Below are positions 21,944-33,002 of a stretch of 64,000 nt of DNA, in pieces. The DNA lies in the NCBI GenBank assembly GCA_025594325.1, contig JANHCV010000001.1, positions 3,782,001 through 3,846,000 on the forward strand, read 5' to 3'. Below the pieces are notes generated by a model. It was given only the letters and a program-made list of their open reading frames with translations, was not told where the DNA came from and ran no database searches. Each line of letters begins with the position of its first letter. Within the stretch, counting starts at the first letter, position 1. The position numbers and the translations under genes were made by a program. This DNA comes from Blastocladiella emersonii ATCC 22665 (lineage: Eukaryota; Fungi; Blastocladiomycota).

Positions 21944-23411
21944 ATGTTCCGCTCCCGTCGCAAGGCCGCTACCCCCCTCAACGTCATGGTACGCTGCTCC
22001 CCCCGCGCGCTTGACTGCCCTCCGCCCTGTCCTGCTCTCTAGCGCCGTCGTCCTGTCTACTGCACTGCTGCTGCCCCACCCAGTCCCCGCGAGCGCCGTC
22101 CCGAGCACCGGCATGGAGACGTCGCCTGCGCCACCCATGCCCCCTGCATCGCGAGCTCCGCAGCAACCGCTTCGGCCCGCGAGGCAGCGTGGCCTTGGTG
22201 CCGGTTATGGAAGGCATTCATCCCGCCGACCTCGTCCAGCTGCTCGGCGCCGATGCTCGGGCTGCCGCCGTGTCGACCGCCGCTGCACCATCGGGTAGCG
22301 TGCTGCCACGGCCGTGGTCGCATCGACAGCACATGTGGCCCATGAGCCCGGCCTACCAGCAACACATTCAGCAGCAGTCGCAGCAGCAGTCGTGGTGGAC
22401 AGACGAGCGGACGGGACGCAGAACGCCACCCGTCGCCAACTCTACTCTCCCGCTACCCCAAGTCATGAAACGATGCACTGACCCACCATCTCTCCTCTCC
22501 GCTCCCATTAGGTTGTGGGCCGTGAGGGCGTGGGCAAGTCCACGTTCCTGCGCACGCTGCTGGCGTCGCTGTCGCTCAACGGCAAGGTGGACCCGTCCAA
22601 GGCCACGCCCGTGCCCGTGTCGACCGAGACGCGCATCAAGGTGCACCACCCGGTCGAGGTCGAGTGCCAGGGCCACAAGGTCGCCCTGACCCTCATCGAC
22701 ACCCCCGGCCTGCCCTACTCGGCCGAGCAGGGCACCGAGCTCGCCACCGTCATGGGCTACATCGAGTCGCAGTTCGAGACCTCGCTCATCGAGGAGCTCA
22801 AGGTCAAGCGTAACCCCAAGTCGGCCGACACCATGGTCCACGCCATCCTGTACCTCCTGCCGCCCATGCTCCCCTTCCACCCCGTCGACCTGTCGGCCAT
22901 CCGCACCCTGTCGAACCGCGCCAACGTGATCCCGCTCCTCGCCCACGCCGACTCGATCACCAACCGCCAGCTCGAGAACCTCAAGGCTTCGCTCTTCAAG
23001 ACGCTGCAGGAGAACCTCGACCTGCTGTCCTTCGCCACGGCCGACATTGACGGCGACGGCATCATCGAGGACGAGGAGGAGGAGGAGTTCACGCGCGAGA
23101 TCACCAAGCTCAAGCAGTCCATGCCCTACACGGTCATTGGCGCCGAGTTCCCGCTCCCCGGCCAGAAGGCGACCTCCGAGTTCCTCGAGGTCGACGGCCA
23201 GAAGATCCTCGGCCGCGAGTACAAGTGGGGTGTCGTCAACGTCGACGACGAGCAGCACTGCGAGCTGCACCTCGCCAAGTTCCTCATCTTCGAGTTCGCC
23301 CTCCCCGGCCTCCGCTCCTTCACCCGCAACGTGCTCTACGAGCGCTACCGTACCGAGCGCCTCATGGCCCACGCCGGCAAGGCCGACCCCTCGGGCGCCA
23401 AGGAGGAGTAA
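21944..23411 (+). CDS. Septin (exon 1 21944-21988, exon 2 22512-23411)
   Basis: The splice gives LNVM-VVGREGVGKST (septin FNLMVVG + P-loop). Also LIDTPG, VHAILYLL, NVIPLLAHAD and GREYKWG. Confidence 0.92.
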
Positions 23412-23709
23412 GTCGTCGGTCGACTCTCCTGCTCCCCTCTTTTGTGTACTTCTAGCTCCCCCCCGCCATCCACTCGCACGACACTTTATCCTCCCTCTTC
23501 CAAAAACAAGCCATAGATGTCGATTTCATTTCTCATCTCAGTCCGATGCGCGACTGGTGCCGATGCTGATGAGGCGCACGAGGGATGAAGCTTCGAATCT
23601 GGTGCATCGGCTCCGAAGCAAGGACGAATCCCTCGCCACGCTGATCGGCGCGACCTTACGCTCGCCTCTCGCCCCCTCCACATCACGAAGACGAAGCAAC
23701 AGCCTCTCC

Positions 23710-24544
23710 ATGCACTCTCTCCGCCGCGGCCTCGCCGTCAGCACGGCGGCGCGCGCTCGGCACTTCCACGCGCAGCGCCCTCAGCTCGACGACGACTTGG
23801 GTAGCAGCGGCGACTCCGACACGACGAGGGACACCGATTCCAGCAGCAACACGTCGTGGCGCGACTTTGCCCTGCTGCACCTCTGGACCGACTCGTCGCC
23901 AACATCAACGACGGCCGCTACCCGCGACGTTCACGGCAGGATCGTCGCGCGCCAGACGCGGCGCAGGGACGCGGTGATGCAGCCGTGGTCGACGGTACCC
24001 GCGGTGCCCAAGTACCTCGGACTGGCGGGCTTGCTCCCGTTCCTCGCGACCACGCTTGGCGCGTACACTTGCGTGCCGACGGATATCTTGGGCTACCAGC
24101 TGCTCCAGGCGACGTACGGCGCGTCGATCTTGAGCTTCATGGGCGCGATCCACTGGGGGTCGGCTATGGCGGGCACCGGCTGTACGTCCCTTCAGTGCGA
24201 GTCCGCTGCGCACTCAAGTCCTCACGTTGCACGCGAGTGTAGCACCTGCGACGGCCAACAAGCGGTACCTCATCTCGGTCGTCCCGAGCCTGGCCGGGTT
24301 CGCGAGCCTCAACATGCCGCCGGACCTCGCGCTCCCGCTGCAGCTGACGGGTTTCGGCCTGCTCCTCGCGCAAGACGTGCACGCGTGGCGGTACCGCGAG
24401 CTGCCGCTCTGGTACCCGACCCTGCGCGTGCTCCTCACGTCGGTCGTCGTCGGCACGCTCGGGGCGACGTGGTACGCCAACAAGCGGCCGCTCGAGGTGG
24501 TCGCGGATATCAAGGAGGGCAAGCGCGTGCGCGAGCGCGAGTAA
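23710..24544 (+). CDS. DUF3429/TMEM69-like mitochondrial membrane protein, copy 1 (intron 24182-24242)
   Basis: Presequence-like N-terminus; PKYLGLAGLLPF, YGASILSFMGAIHWG, YLISVVPSL, LPLWYPTLRVLLT. Confidence 0.8.
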
Positions 24545-24770
24545 CTGCGGAGGCGTTCTCAGCGGTAACGGGAGTGTTTGAGGAGATGAAACCATGGCGC
24601 GACGCGTCGTTCACGATGTACATAGACCAAGTGGTGGCTTGAGGATGCGCATCAAGGACGCGTCGTTCATCGACTTCGACGCGATTTTCTGCAGCACCCT
24701 CGGCTGGCAGCCACTCGTCGCCGGCCCTCTCTCGCACTCTCTCACCCCTGCACAGCACGAACGCAAGCGA

Positions 24771-25763
24771 ATGAAGCTTTCAAGCAGTCACTACATTCGC
24801 CGCGGCCTCGCCGTCTCGCCAGCGGCGTCGCGCTTCCGTTGGCTTCACCCGCGGTTCAAGTCCACCGGCAAGGACTCCCGCGATTCCACCACCACGCCCG
24901 ACACGTCCAACACCGCGGCCGACGACCCTGAGGCCCGCGCGTATCGGGAGGGAAGGAAACGCGCCGTTTCGGCGCTAGTCTCGGCGGTGAAAGCCATGGA
25001 GGCCGACCCGTCCAAAATGGCCAAAGGTATCCTCAACGTCGACAAGAAGGACCTCGACATCTTGTTTCGCCCCGCTCCGCCCGAGATGGAAGAGCGCCTC
25101 CGCAAGCTTCCGCCCGCGGCGACCAAAAAGTAGGGCATCGCGATGCGCCGCAACGACCAGCTGCTGCAGCCGTGGTCGAAAATCCCCGTGGCGCCCAAGT
25201 ACTTTATCTTTGCGATCCTGGTGCCGTTCATCGTCAACACGATCAACGCCTACACGTGTGTGTTCCGAACGACATCTTCAGCTACCAGCTGCAGCAGGTC
25301 GCGTACGGCGGGTCGCTTCTCTGTCTCTACCGGCGCGTTCCACTGGAGATCCGTCGCGGCATACTCAAACTGTACGTTTCCCGCCCTTCGCTGCCACCCG
25401 CGCGTACACTCACGTCACTCGCTGACCGCGTAGCACTCGTGGCAGGCAGGCAGTAAGTGGTACCTCATCTCGCCGGTCCCGCTCATGGCCGGTTTCGCGA
25501 GCTTTTACGTGGCGCCGGACTTTGCGCTGCCCATGCAGATGATCGGGTACGGAGTGATGCTGGCGCAGACGATCCGCATGTGGTGGATCTACCGTGCGCC
25601 GCTGTGGTTCCCGACCCTGCGCGGGCTGCTCGCGATGGTTGCAGTGGGCGCGCTCGGCGCAACGTGGTTCGCCAACAAGTGGACGATCGCACGGCGCGCT
25701 GTACTCGCCGACATCAAGGAGAGTGGTGGTGAGCAGAAGAAGCGGGAGCAGCAGAAGGAATGA
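24771..25763 (+). pseudogene. DUF3429/TMEM69-like copy 2, disrupted
   Basis: In-frame TAG at 25131-25133 before LLQPWS, plus +2 and +1 insertions (~25258 and ~25330) relative to the paralogues. Confidence 0.75.
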
Positions 25764-25924
25764 TGTGCGACGAATACATGGCCTGTGCTGTGCGAGCGAC
25801 GCGTCGTTCATGCCGCCTTCGAACAGTGGCGTGGCTTGGAGCGTTTGCGCGGCGGCCTCGGCAGCCAGTTCTCGTTCGTCTCCTCGCACTCCCTCTCGCC
25901 CATGATCTTCAGAATCACGGAACC

Positions 25925-26961
25925 ATGAATCTTGCACGCAGCCTCTCCATGCAATCTCTCTGCCGCGGCCTTGCCATCACGCCCGCGCCCGCGGCGGCGT
26001 CGCGCTTCCATCTGCTTCACGCGCGGTTCAAGTCGAGCAAGGCCGGCAAGGCCCGCAAAACGCCCGCCGGCAAGACCCGCGACAGGCCCATCGCCATGAG
26101 CGACGGTCCTGGCGTCCGTGGCGACCGTGACGATGTTGACGTCCGTGCGCACCGAGCGGAGAGGGCGCGCGCTATGGAGAAGCTCGTCTCGGCGTTGGAA
26201 GCTAGGAAGGCCGACCCGTCCAAGAAGCTCAACACGGTCCTCACCCCCAAGGAAGTTGACCTTCTGGTCTGGCCCGCCCCGGGCGGTAAGGAGGAGCGCC
26301 TCCGCAAGCTCGAGGCTGCGATGGCCAAAGAAGAGAACCCCGAGACGTGGCGCACCGACGCGCTGCTGCAGCCGTGGTCAACGATCCCCACAACGGACAA
26401 GTACTTGGGGCTCGCGTGGTTGCCGCCATTCCTCGTCAACGCTTATAACGCGTACACGTGCGTTCCGGCGGCCATCTTGAACCACCAGCTGATGCAGGCG
26501 ACGTACGGCGCGACGATCCTCTGCGTCATGGGCTTCTTTCACGGGGTAGTTGTCGAGGTTACCGGTACCAACGACGGTGCGTCTGCCTCTCGTCAATACG
26601 AAGCGCACGCACTCCGCTGACATCGGTCCCTACCCGACCATCCCGTACAGACGGCAAGGAGATCGTGAAGCCATATGTCGTCACGGTGGTACCGCTCCTG
26701 GCTGGCGTCGCGAGCTTCTTCATGCAGCCCGACTACGCGCTTCCCGTTCAGATGGCCGGCCTCAGCCTGCTCTTGGTAAAGGGAGTGCGCACCTGGCGGC
26801 GCGGCCATATGCAGCTGTGGTACCCGACGCTGCGCATCGTGCTCACGACCGTGGCCGTCGGCGCGCTTGGCGTGACGTGGTACGCCGACAAGCGGTCGCC
26901 CGCGCAGTACGACGTGGTCGCCGACATCAAGGAGGGCTTGCGCGTGCTCGAGATCGAGTAG
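25925..26961 (+). CDS. DUF3429/TMEM69-like copy 3 (intron ~26577-26650)
   Basis: MNLARSLSMQSLCRG..., LLQPWS, YGATILCVMGFFHG, LWYPTLRIVLTT. Confidence 0.8.
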
Positions 26962-28272
26962 CCGCGGACGCCCCAGCGGCGGCAGCAGCAGTAGTAGCGT
27001 TGGGTGGGTCGGAATACACGCGGTGTGGCGCAACGCGTCGTCGTTTAGGACCTGAAACTGGGAGACGGTTGGACGGGGAACACGAGCGCTTGAGGACAAG
27101 CTCAGGGGCCACGGTTTTAAGCTCACATCGATCCTCAGTAATCGCACCATGGAAGTTGATGAATCGTTCGCGCGGACCGTCGCCCGCATCGTGGCCGCGC
27201 GAGAGCAGATCGAGGGCGTCGGAGTTACGGTCCGTCGCACGTTGGGCACTGTCGGAATGCCCAACCTCGACCCGTTCCTGCTCCTCGACGATTTTGCGTA
27301 AGAGAGCGCGTGCTGTCGCGGAAGACCTGAAATTCTTACACGAACGAACGGTAGCGTCGATCCGCCGGCGGGGTTCGCGGATCACCCGCACCGCGGGTTC
27401 GAGACGGTCTCGTACCTCCTCTCGGGCAGCAGCGAGCACGAGGACTTTGCCGGGCATCGTGGTCGCCTCGGACCGGGCGACCTGCAGTGGGTGCGTCAGC
27501 ACCGATCACGCCTTGCACGCCGGCTTACACCGCAAGAGTAGATGACAGCGGGCCGCGGGATCGTGCACGCCGAGGTGCCCACGGGCAAGACCACGGCCAC
27601 GGGCCTGCAGCTGTGGGTCAACCTGCCCGCGTCCGAGAAGATGTGCGAGCCGCGGTACCAGGAGCTGCGCGGCGCCAACCTGCCGCGCGTGTCGCCGTCT
27701 CCCGGAATCGACGTGATCGTGCTTGCGGGCGATGCGTTCGGCGCAGCGGCCAAGGTGCGCACCGCCACGCCCATGTGCTACTTTGACGTGACGGTGCAGC
27801 CCGGGTCCCGCGTCGCGGTGCCGCTGCCGCCCGCGTACAATGCGCTCGTGTACGTGCTCTCGGGCGCGGTGGTCGTGAGCGGGTCGCGTGAGGCCAAGGC
27901 GCATGAGTGCATCGTCCTAGACTCGGTGCCAAACGGCGCGACCGCATCGCACGTCGACGCGGCCGTGGCCATCGACGCGACCTGTCCCGCGCGTCTCGTC
28001 GTGCTCGGCGGTGAGCCCATCAATGGTGCGTCTTAGGCGCGAGCATGCGTCCGATCAGCTCACATATCACGACCCGAATAGAGCCGATCGTGCGCCACGG
28101 ACCGTTCGTGATGAACACGTACGACGAGATCCGCGAGGCCATGGACGACTACCACAACGGCCGCAACGGGTTCGAGCGCGCGCCCAGGTTCCGCAGCAAG
28201 ATCGGGAAGCGTGTTGCCGCGGCAGCGGCGGCCTCGGCTGCTTCGACGCGATCCCGAAGCGGGTCGGCCGCC
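26823..28272 (+). repeat. Direct repeat, copy A (1450 bp; partner 43732-45181)
   Basis: Constant offset 16909; identical ORF translations; identical intron and intergenic lines where compared. Confidence 0.95.
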
Positions 28273-28281
28273 GCGAAGTGA
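27149..28281 (+). CDS. Pirin (cupin), copy A, multi-exon
   Basis: EQIEGVGVTVRR, LDPFLLLDDF, GFADHPHRGFETVSY, GDLQW/MTAGRGIVHAE, GLQLWVNLP, EPIVRHGPFVMNT. Confidence 0.95.
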
Positions 28282-28297
28282 GGTTTGTTGTCTCGCA

Positions 28298-29368
28298 GGC
28301 ACGCGCTGCGCCGCAATGCGTTCTTTCCGCGGGAGTCGCAGTTCAGGGATCCGCGGCGAATCTGGTGCACACACCTCTGTGCCCTGTTCTCCTCTCTCCC
28401 TCCCTGCTCTCCGCACAAATATCACTACCATGTATCTCGCACGAACCTCACTCTATGCATCGACTCGAGGTCTGAGCGCACGGGCGCGGGCCGTAACCCT
28501 GGCCGGCTCGCTTCGCGGTCGCCGCGGCGGACCCGCTGCCGCCGCCGCATTCATGGTCCAGCCACCCTCGTAAACACGCAAAACGAGCGAGCTGACACTG
28601 TCGTGCGTAGCGACACGCATCCACCGACGCGGCTGCGCCCGCTGCAAGCACCACCGACGCTTCAAGCGAACCGGCAGCGATCCTCCGCCCCAAGCACTGG
28701 ACCTACTCGCGGCCCGCGATCCTTGCCATAGCCACGGTGTGGGCCGCGCCACACGCCATGGCCGTCATGGGCCTCGTCGTCGATGCGCCGTGGACCATGC
28801 TGCCGACCACGGGCGCCGCGCTGCTCGCCGTGTCGGGTGCCGCGCACACCTTCTCGCTCAACAACTACGATCTCGGTCCGTACTTGTTTTCTTGTTAAGC
28901 AATGGAACCGCACCGCACTCGTCCATTCACGCCCGTACTCGTATCCCCGCGTAGAGCCCAAGCTGCGCACGCACCAGGCCGTCGCGAGCTTCCTCGCGCC
29001 CGTTGGCGCGTTCGCGTCCGTTGCCGTGGCGCCGACCTCGGTCCTGGCCGCCATCTCGATCCAGTTCGCGTCGCACGTCTACATCGACCACGTCGACGAC
29101 CTCGCCATCACGTACGGCGTGCTGCCGCGGTGGTACCGCCTGCGCTTCGCGTACATGTTCCTGTCGGGCGTGGCCCTCGGCGCGCTCGGCTGGCGCAAGT
29201 TCTACCTCGGCGAGGAGCTCGTCATGATCGATACGGCCTTGGACGAGGAAGAGAACGAGGCCGAGGTCGAGGTCGAGGTCGAGCGAGAGGATGTGACTGA
29301 GCCGGAAGGCGGCGAGGAGGAGGCGAGCTTGAGTTGAGGATGATCGTCGCTGATCTGAACGCGCAATA
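28298..29368 (+). repeat. Inverted repeat, left arm (partner ~33003-34079)
   Basis: Position sum is constant at 62377 from 28298/34079 to 29326/33051; diverged homology continues ~40 bp further. Confidence 0.95.
28430..29337 (+). CDS. Divergent DUF3429/TMEM69-like protein, copy 4 (2 introns; acidic C-tail)
   Basis: Presequence-like MYLARTSL...; TTGAALLAVSGAAH matches YGAxILSFxGAIH; VLPRWYRLRF matches LPLWYPTLR. Confidence 0.6.
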
Positions 29369-29498
29369 GAAGCCTGCGAAATCTCGCGCACTCACGATGA
29401 AGTCGTTGATGATGCTCAACCATGATGCTCTGCACGAACAGTCGCGACCCTAAGGCGAGCTCAACGCTAGACGACGAGTGAACGCGAGAAAACACGAT

Positions 29499-30669
29499 CT
29501 ATTCGAAGAGCGACGCGAGCGAGATGCTCCCGCCGTCAGCGCTGCGCGTCGAACGCACAGGCGTGACCTTGAACGACTCGTAGAGCGCCGGTGCCTTGTC
29601 GCCCGACGACGACGCGTCCGCGCCGATCCGCTCGCCGTCAGCGTTGCGCTTGAGAAACTTGGCCATACCCGCAGAACCCGCCGCCTCCTTTTCGGCGCGC
29701 TCGGCCGGCCAGTCGTCGACCACGACGTCGTTCTTGAGCAGGTTCTCGGTTGTCGACCAGCTGAAGCGGATGACGCCCGGCCAGCCAAACACGGGATCGA
29801 GGGTGCGCTTGAGCCACGCGACCGTGTTCGGGTCTACATGTCGCAAGTGTTCGCGTTAGAAGCGAGGCTGGATCGCGCTGCCGTGGGGGAACGAACGCAC
29901 CAGACGGATAACCCGATCCCCAGGTCGTGTCGATCTCCTCGGTGAGAGCGGACTCGACAAACTCCCAGCGCGAGAGGACGTGGTCGCGGACGACCTTGGC
30001 CACGATACTCGCGGCACTGACCGTCGCGTACAGCGAGTCGGCCTTCTTGGCGACGGTGAAGCCAATCTTCGGGAAGCGCGCCTTGAGCTTGCGCTGGTAC
30101 GAGTCTGGCGGGCCGACCGTGTCGACGTAGACGTGCTCGAGATTCACGCCGCGGTCGACGAGCGACTGGATCAGCGACATGGTGGTGTCGTGTGCGATCG
30201 CGTTCAGGTTGTACTTGGACCGCTGCAGCATCCACTCGGAGAGGTCCTGCGGCGACAAGGCATTGTACGCGAAGCCGAGCTGCGGTTCGCTCGTGATGGC
30301 CTCCTCGTCCTGCGAGTCCAGCGCGAGGTCGCCGAGCGACGGAAGCGCGGCGCCGTTGCCCATGGCGGCGGAGGCAATCTTGGCAAAGCGCGTCGCGCGC
30401 TGCTCCTCGTTGAGCACCTTGGAGTCGTCGACGGCCATGTCACGCAGGATCTGCTCGCTCGGCTTGGGGAGGTAGCACACGGCGTAGACCATGGGGCCGA
30501 GGACGGGTCCACGACCAGCCTCGTCGACACCGAGAATGCAGGGCTCGGTGCGGCACGCAGCGGGGACCTCGCTGAAGTACTGGACCGACCGGACCATGGG
30601 CAGTGGCGGGAACGTCGCCGCGTGCGCATCCGTCGGGTGCGGTGGCGGATCCATGGGTGTTGATGACAT
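29499..30669 (-). CDS. RNH201: Ribonuclease H2 subunit A
   Basis: CILGVDEAGRGPVLGPMVY, DDSKVL, HVYVDTVG, KKADSLYATVSAASIVAKVVRD, GSGYPS-DPNT, RFSWST; one intron. Confidence 0.96.
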
Positions 30670-30883
30670 TGCAGCAAGTGGTAGAGTGCGGATGGGGCTC
30701 TCGTCGTGATGAACGAGTTGATCAGGTCGCAGCAGCGCGGTCACGCCGCCCAAGCCGACGATTCCGAGAGCGCGTCGCGCCCACCGTGTGCGACCATGAT
30801 TTCTCCCCTCTCCTCCGTCCCTGCCTCTGGACCAACGCCAGAGTGCTCCATGAATCGTTGCTGAAGCCATCGCATAGACAGCC

Positions 30884-32407
30884 ATGACCTCCGTCTTCGC
30901 CGCGCGCGCGCCCGCAGTCGGCGCCTCGGCCAAGGCCGCTGCCGCTGCCGCCGCGAGCGTCCCGATGCTGGTCGGCGCCGACTCGAGCCCCTACGTCCAC
31001 AAGCTGCGCATGTACTTCAAGTACCGCGGCATCGAGATCGAGGAGGTCCAGAACAACCCGGATATCTTCGCCAGCTTGATCCTGCCTCGCACGAACCTCA
31101 CCATGATCCCTGTCGTTGTGGACGGCGATGCCGTCCTTTCGGACACGTACGCGATCTCTCCGTCGAAGGATTACACGCAACATACTAACTTAACGACCTA
31201 TCACGTTCAGGGGTCTCATCATGGACCACTACGAGGGCAAGCTACCCATCGGCAGTCCGCAGTACCCGTCGCTCGTGCCGGCCACGCCCAAACAGCGCTT
31301 CGTCTCGCAGGCGTTCGAGTTCATGTCCGAGGACTGGTTCTTCCTCGTCGGCTTCGCGCAGCGGTTCGGTCACCTCGAGGAGCACGAGCGCTACCTGCTC
31401 AACATGGTGGCCGAGGGGACGGGCCGCTCGACGGGTCTGATCCCAAAGTACGCCAAGTCGCGCGAGCTACTCGACCAGCGCTTCCTTCGCGCGCGCAAGC
31501 CGTGGGGCGTCACCGAGGAGACCATGCCCGTGTTCGACGCGTACCTCGAGCGCTTCCTCGTCCAGCTCTCGGCCCACTTTGACACGCACCGCTACCTGCT
31601 GTCCGACGAGGTGCCGTGCCGCGGCGACTTTGCGCTCGCTGGCCAGCTGTCGGGGTTCATTGCACGGTACGCCATCGCGTTCGTCTCGAGAGAATCGAGT
31701 GAAGCTCGCTCACGCTTTGCGAATCGTGTAATCACACTTGTAGCGATCCCGTCCCGTCGTACGTGCTCAAGACCAAGGCGCCCAACCTGATGCGGTACCT
31801 CGCGCGCATGCAGAACGCGCCCGAGGCCGCCTACGAGTACCCGAACCGCGTCGTGCACCTCGACGGCGTTGCCAACGCGCCCGCCGTGACTGTGACGCGT
31901 GCCGACACCAAAACGTCAGCCGCCCCGACCTTCCTCGCCAACGACGTGATCCCGCCGACCTTGTACCCGGCGCTGTCGGCGCTAGTCGACCTGACTACCC
32001 ACGTCGAGCAGACGCACGCGCTGGCCGTCAAGCACGCGACCACGGCCGCGGCCAAGAGCGGGACCAGCGGCACCGAGTGGGTCGAGCTGCCGCGCGCTGT
32101 CGGGTACCCGCGCTTCACCGTCGGCGGCGAGGAGAAGGGCACGCGCATGGCGCAGGTCTTCTCGCTCTTTGCCTGGGCTCGCATGTGGCGCGGCGGAGTC
32201 GATCCTCACTCGGCCGCCGAGGCTGACGTGGTCCTCGGGATCGCTGCTGCCACGTCAAGCAGCGACACGACCGCAGCCGCCGATCCCGACGCGTTTTTGG
32301 CCAAGGTGCGCGGGCTCGCGTCCAAGCTGGTCCTCGACAAGTCGGTGCGCCGCAACGCCGAGAACCAGATCGAAATCCGTGCGGTCGCGGCCACGGCCAA
32401 GCTGTGA
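30884..32407 (+). CDS. Glutathione S-transferase-like protein (introns ~31147-31210 and ~31667-31744)
   Basis: GADSSPYVHKLRMYFKYRGI, MIPVV...LSDT, YLLSDEVPCRGDFALAGQL, RDPVPS...APNLMRYLARM. Confidence 0.8.
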
Positions 32408-33002
32408 GCGATCACGACACGGGATAGTCGTAGCAAGAACGGGATACGTGATGAAATCAACTACAATACAACTTGCTTGCATCTGACCACACGGGAGTGA
32501 AGAATGCGGGCAAGGACACGGAAAGGACGTTCAGGGATCGCCCTGACGACCAGTCACGCGGCGCGCCACACACATGAGACGCCCAGTGGCGCCGGCGTCG
32601 AGGTACAAAACCGCTCGCTGGGCCCCGCTCCCCTCTGCTCTGATCCTCAGGATTTGTGTAACTTAACCGGGCTATACAGTGCCCTGTCGAGCAAGGAAAA
32701 TCCGGCCAGCAGCCCATCGGCGAGGTCCTCCAACAGCTTTCCAGGCGCGCTTTCAACGTGCTGGAGCCTAGTTGGAGGGCCTTACACTTCTAGCTCGCGC
32801 TAAACCCGCGGCCGCTATACGTTGCTACTTTGGCCCCGAGCTCGCCGACTCGTGAGGGGATTCGCTTCGTTTGTGAGGTAGGACTTGCATGGCTCGCACG
32901 CCGACCGCGAACCTCGCGGCGACGAGAGAGTCGCCCTGACGGTCGCTCACGATCCTCGCATGGTGGGGCATCGACCGCGACTTAATAATTGTAGGCACGC
33001 AA

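Noticed and set aside
32410-33000. AT-richer 600-bp gap between the GST and the right inverted arm as a possible MITE
   Set aside because: No terminal inverted repeats or TSD seen; consistent with two converging 3' UTRs.
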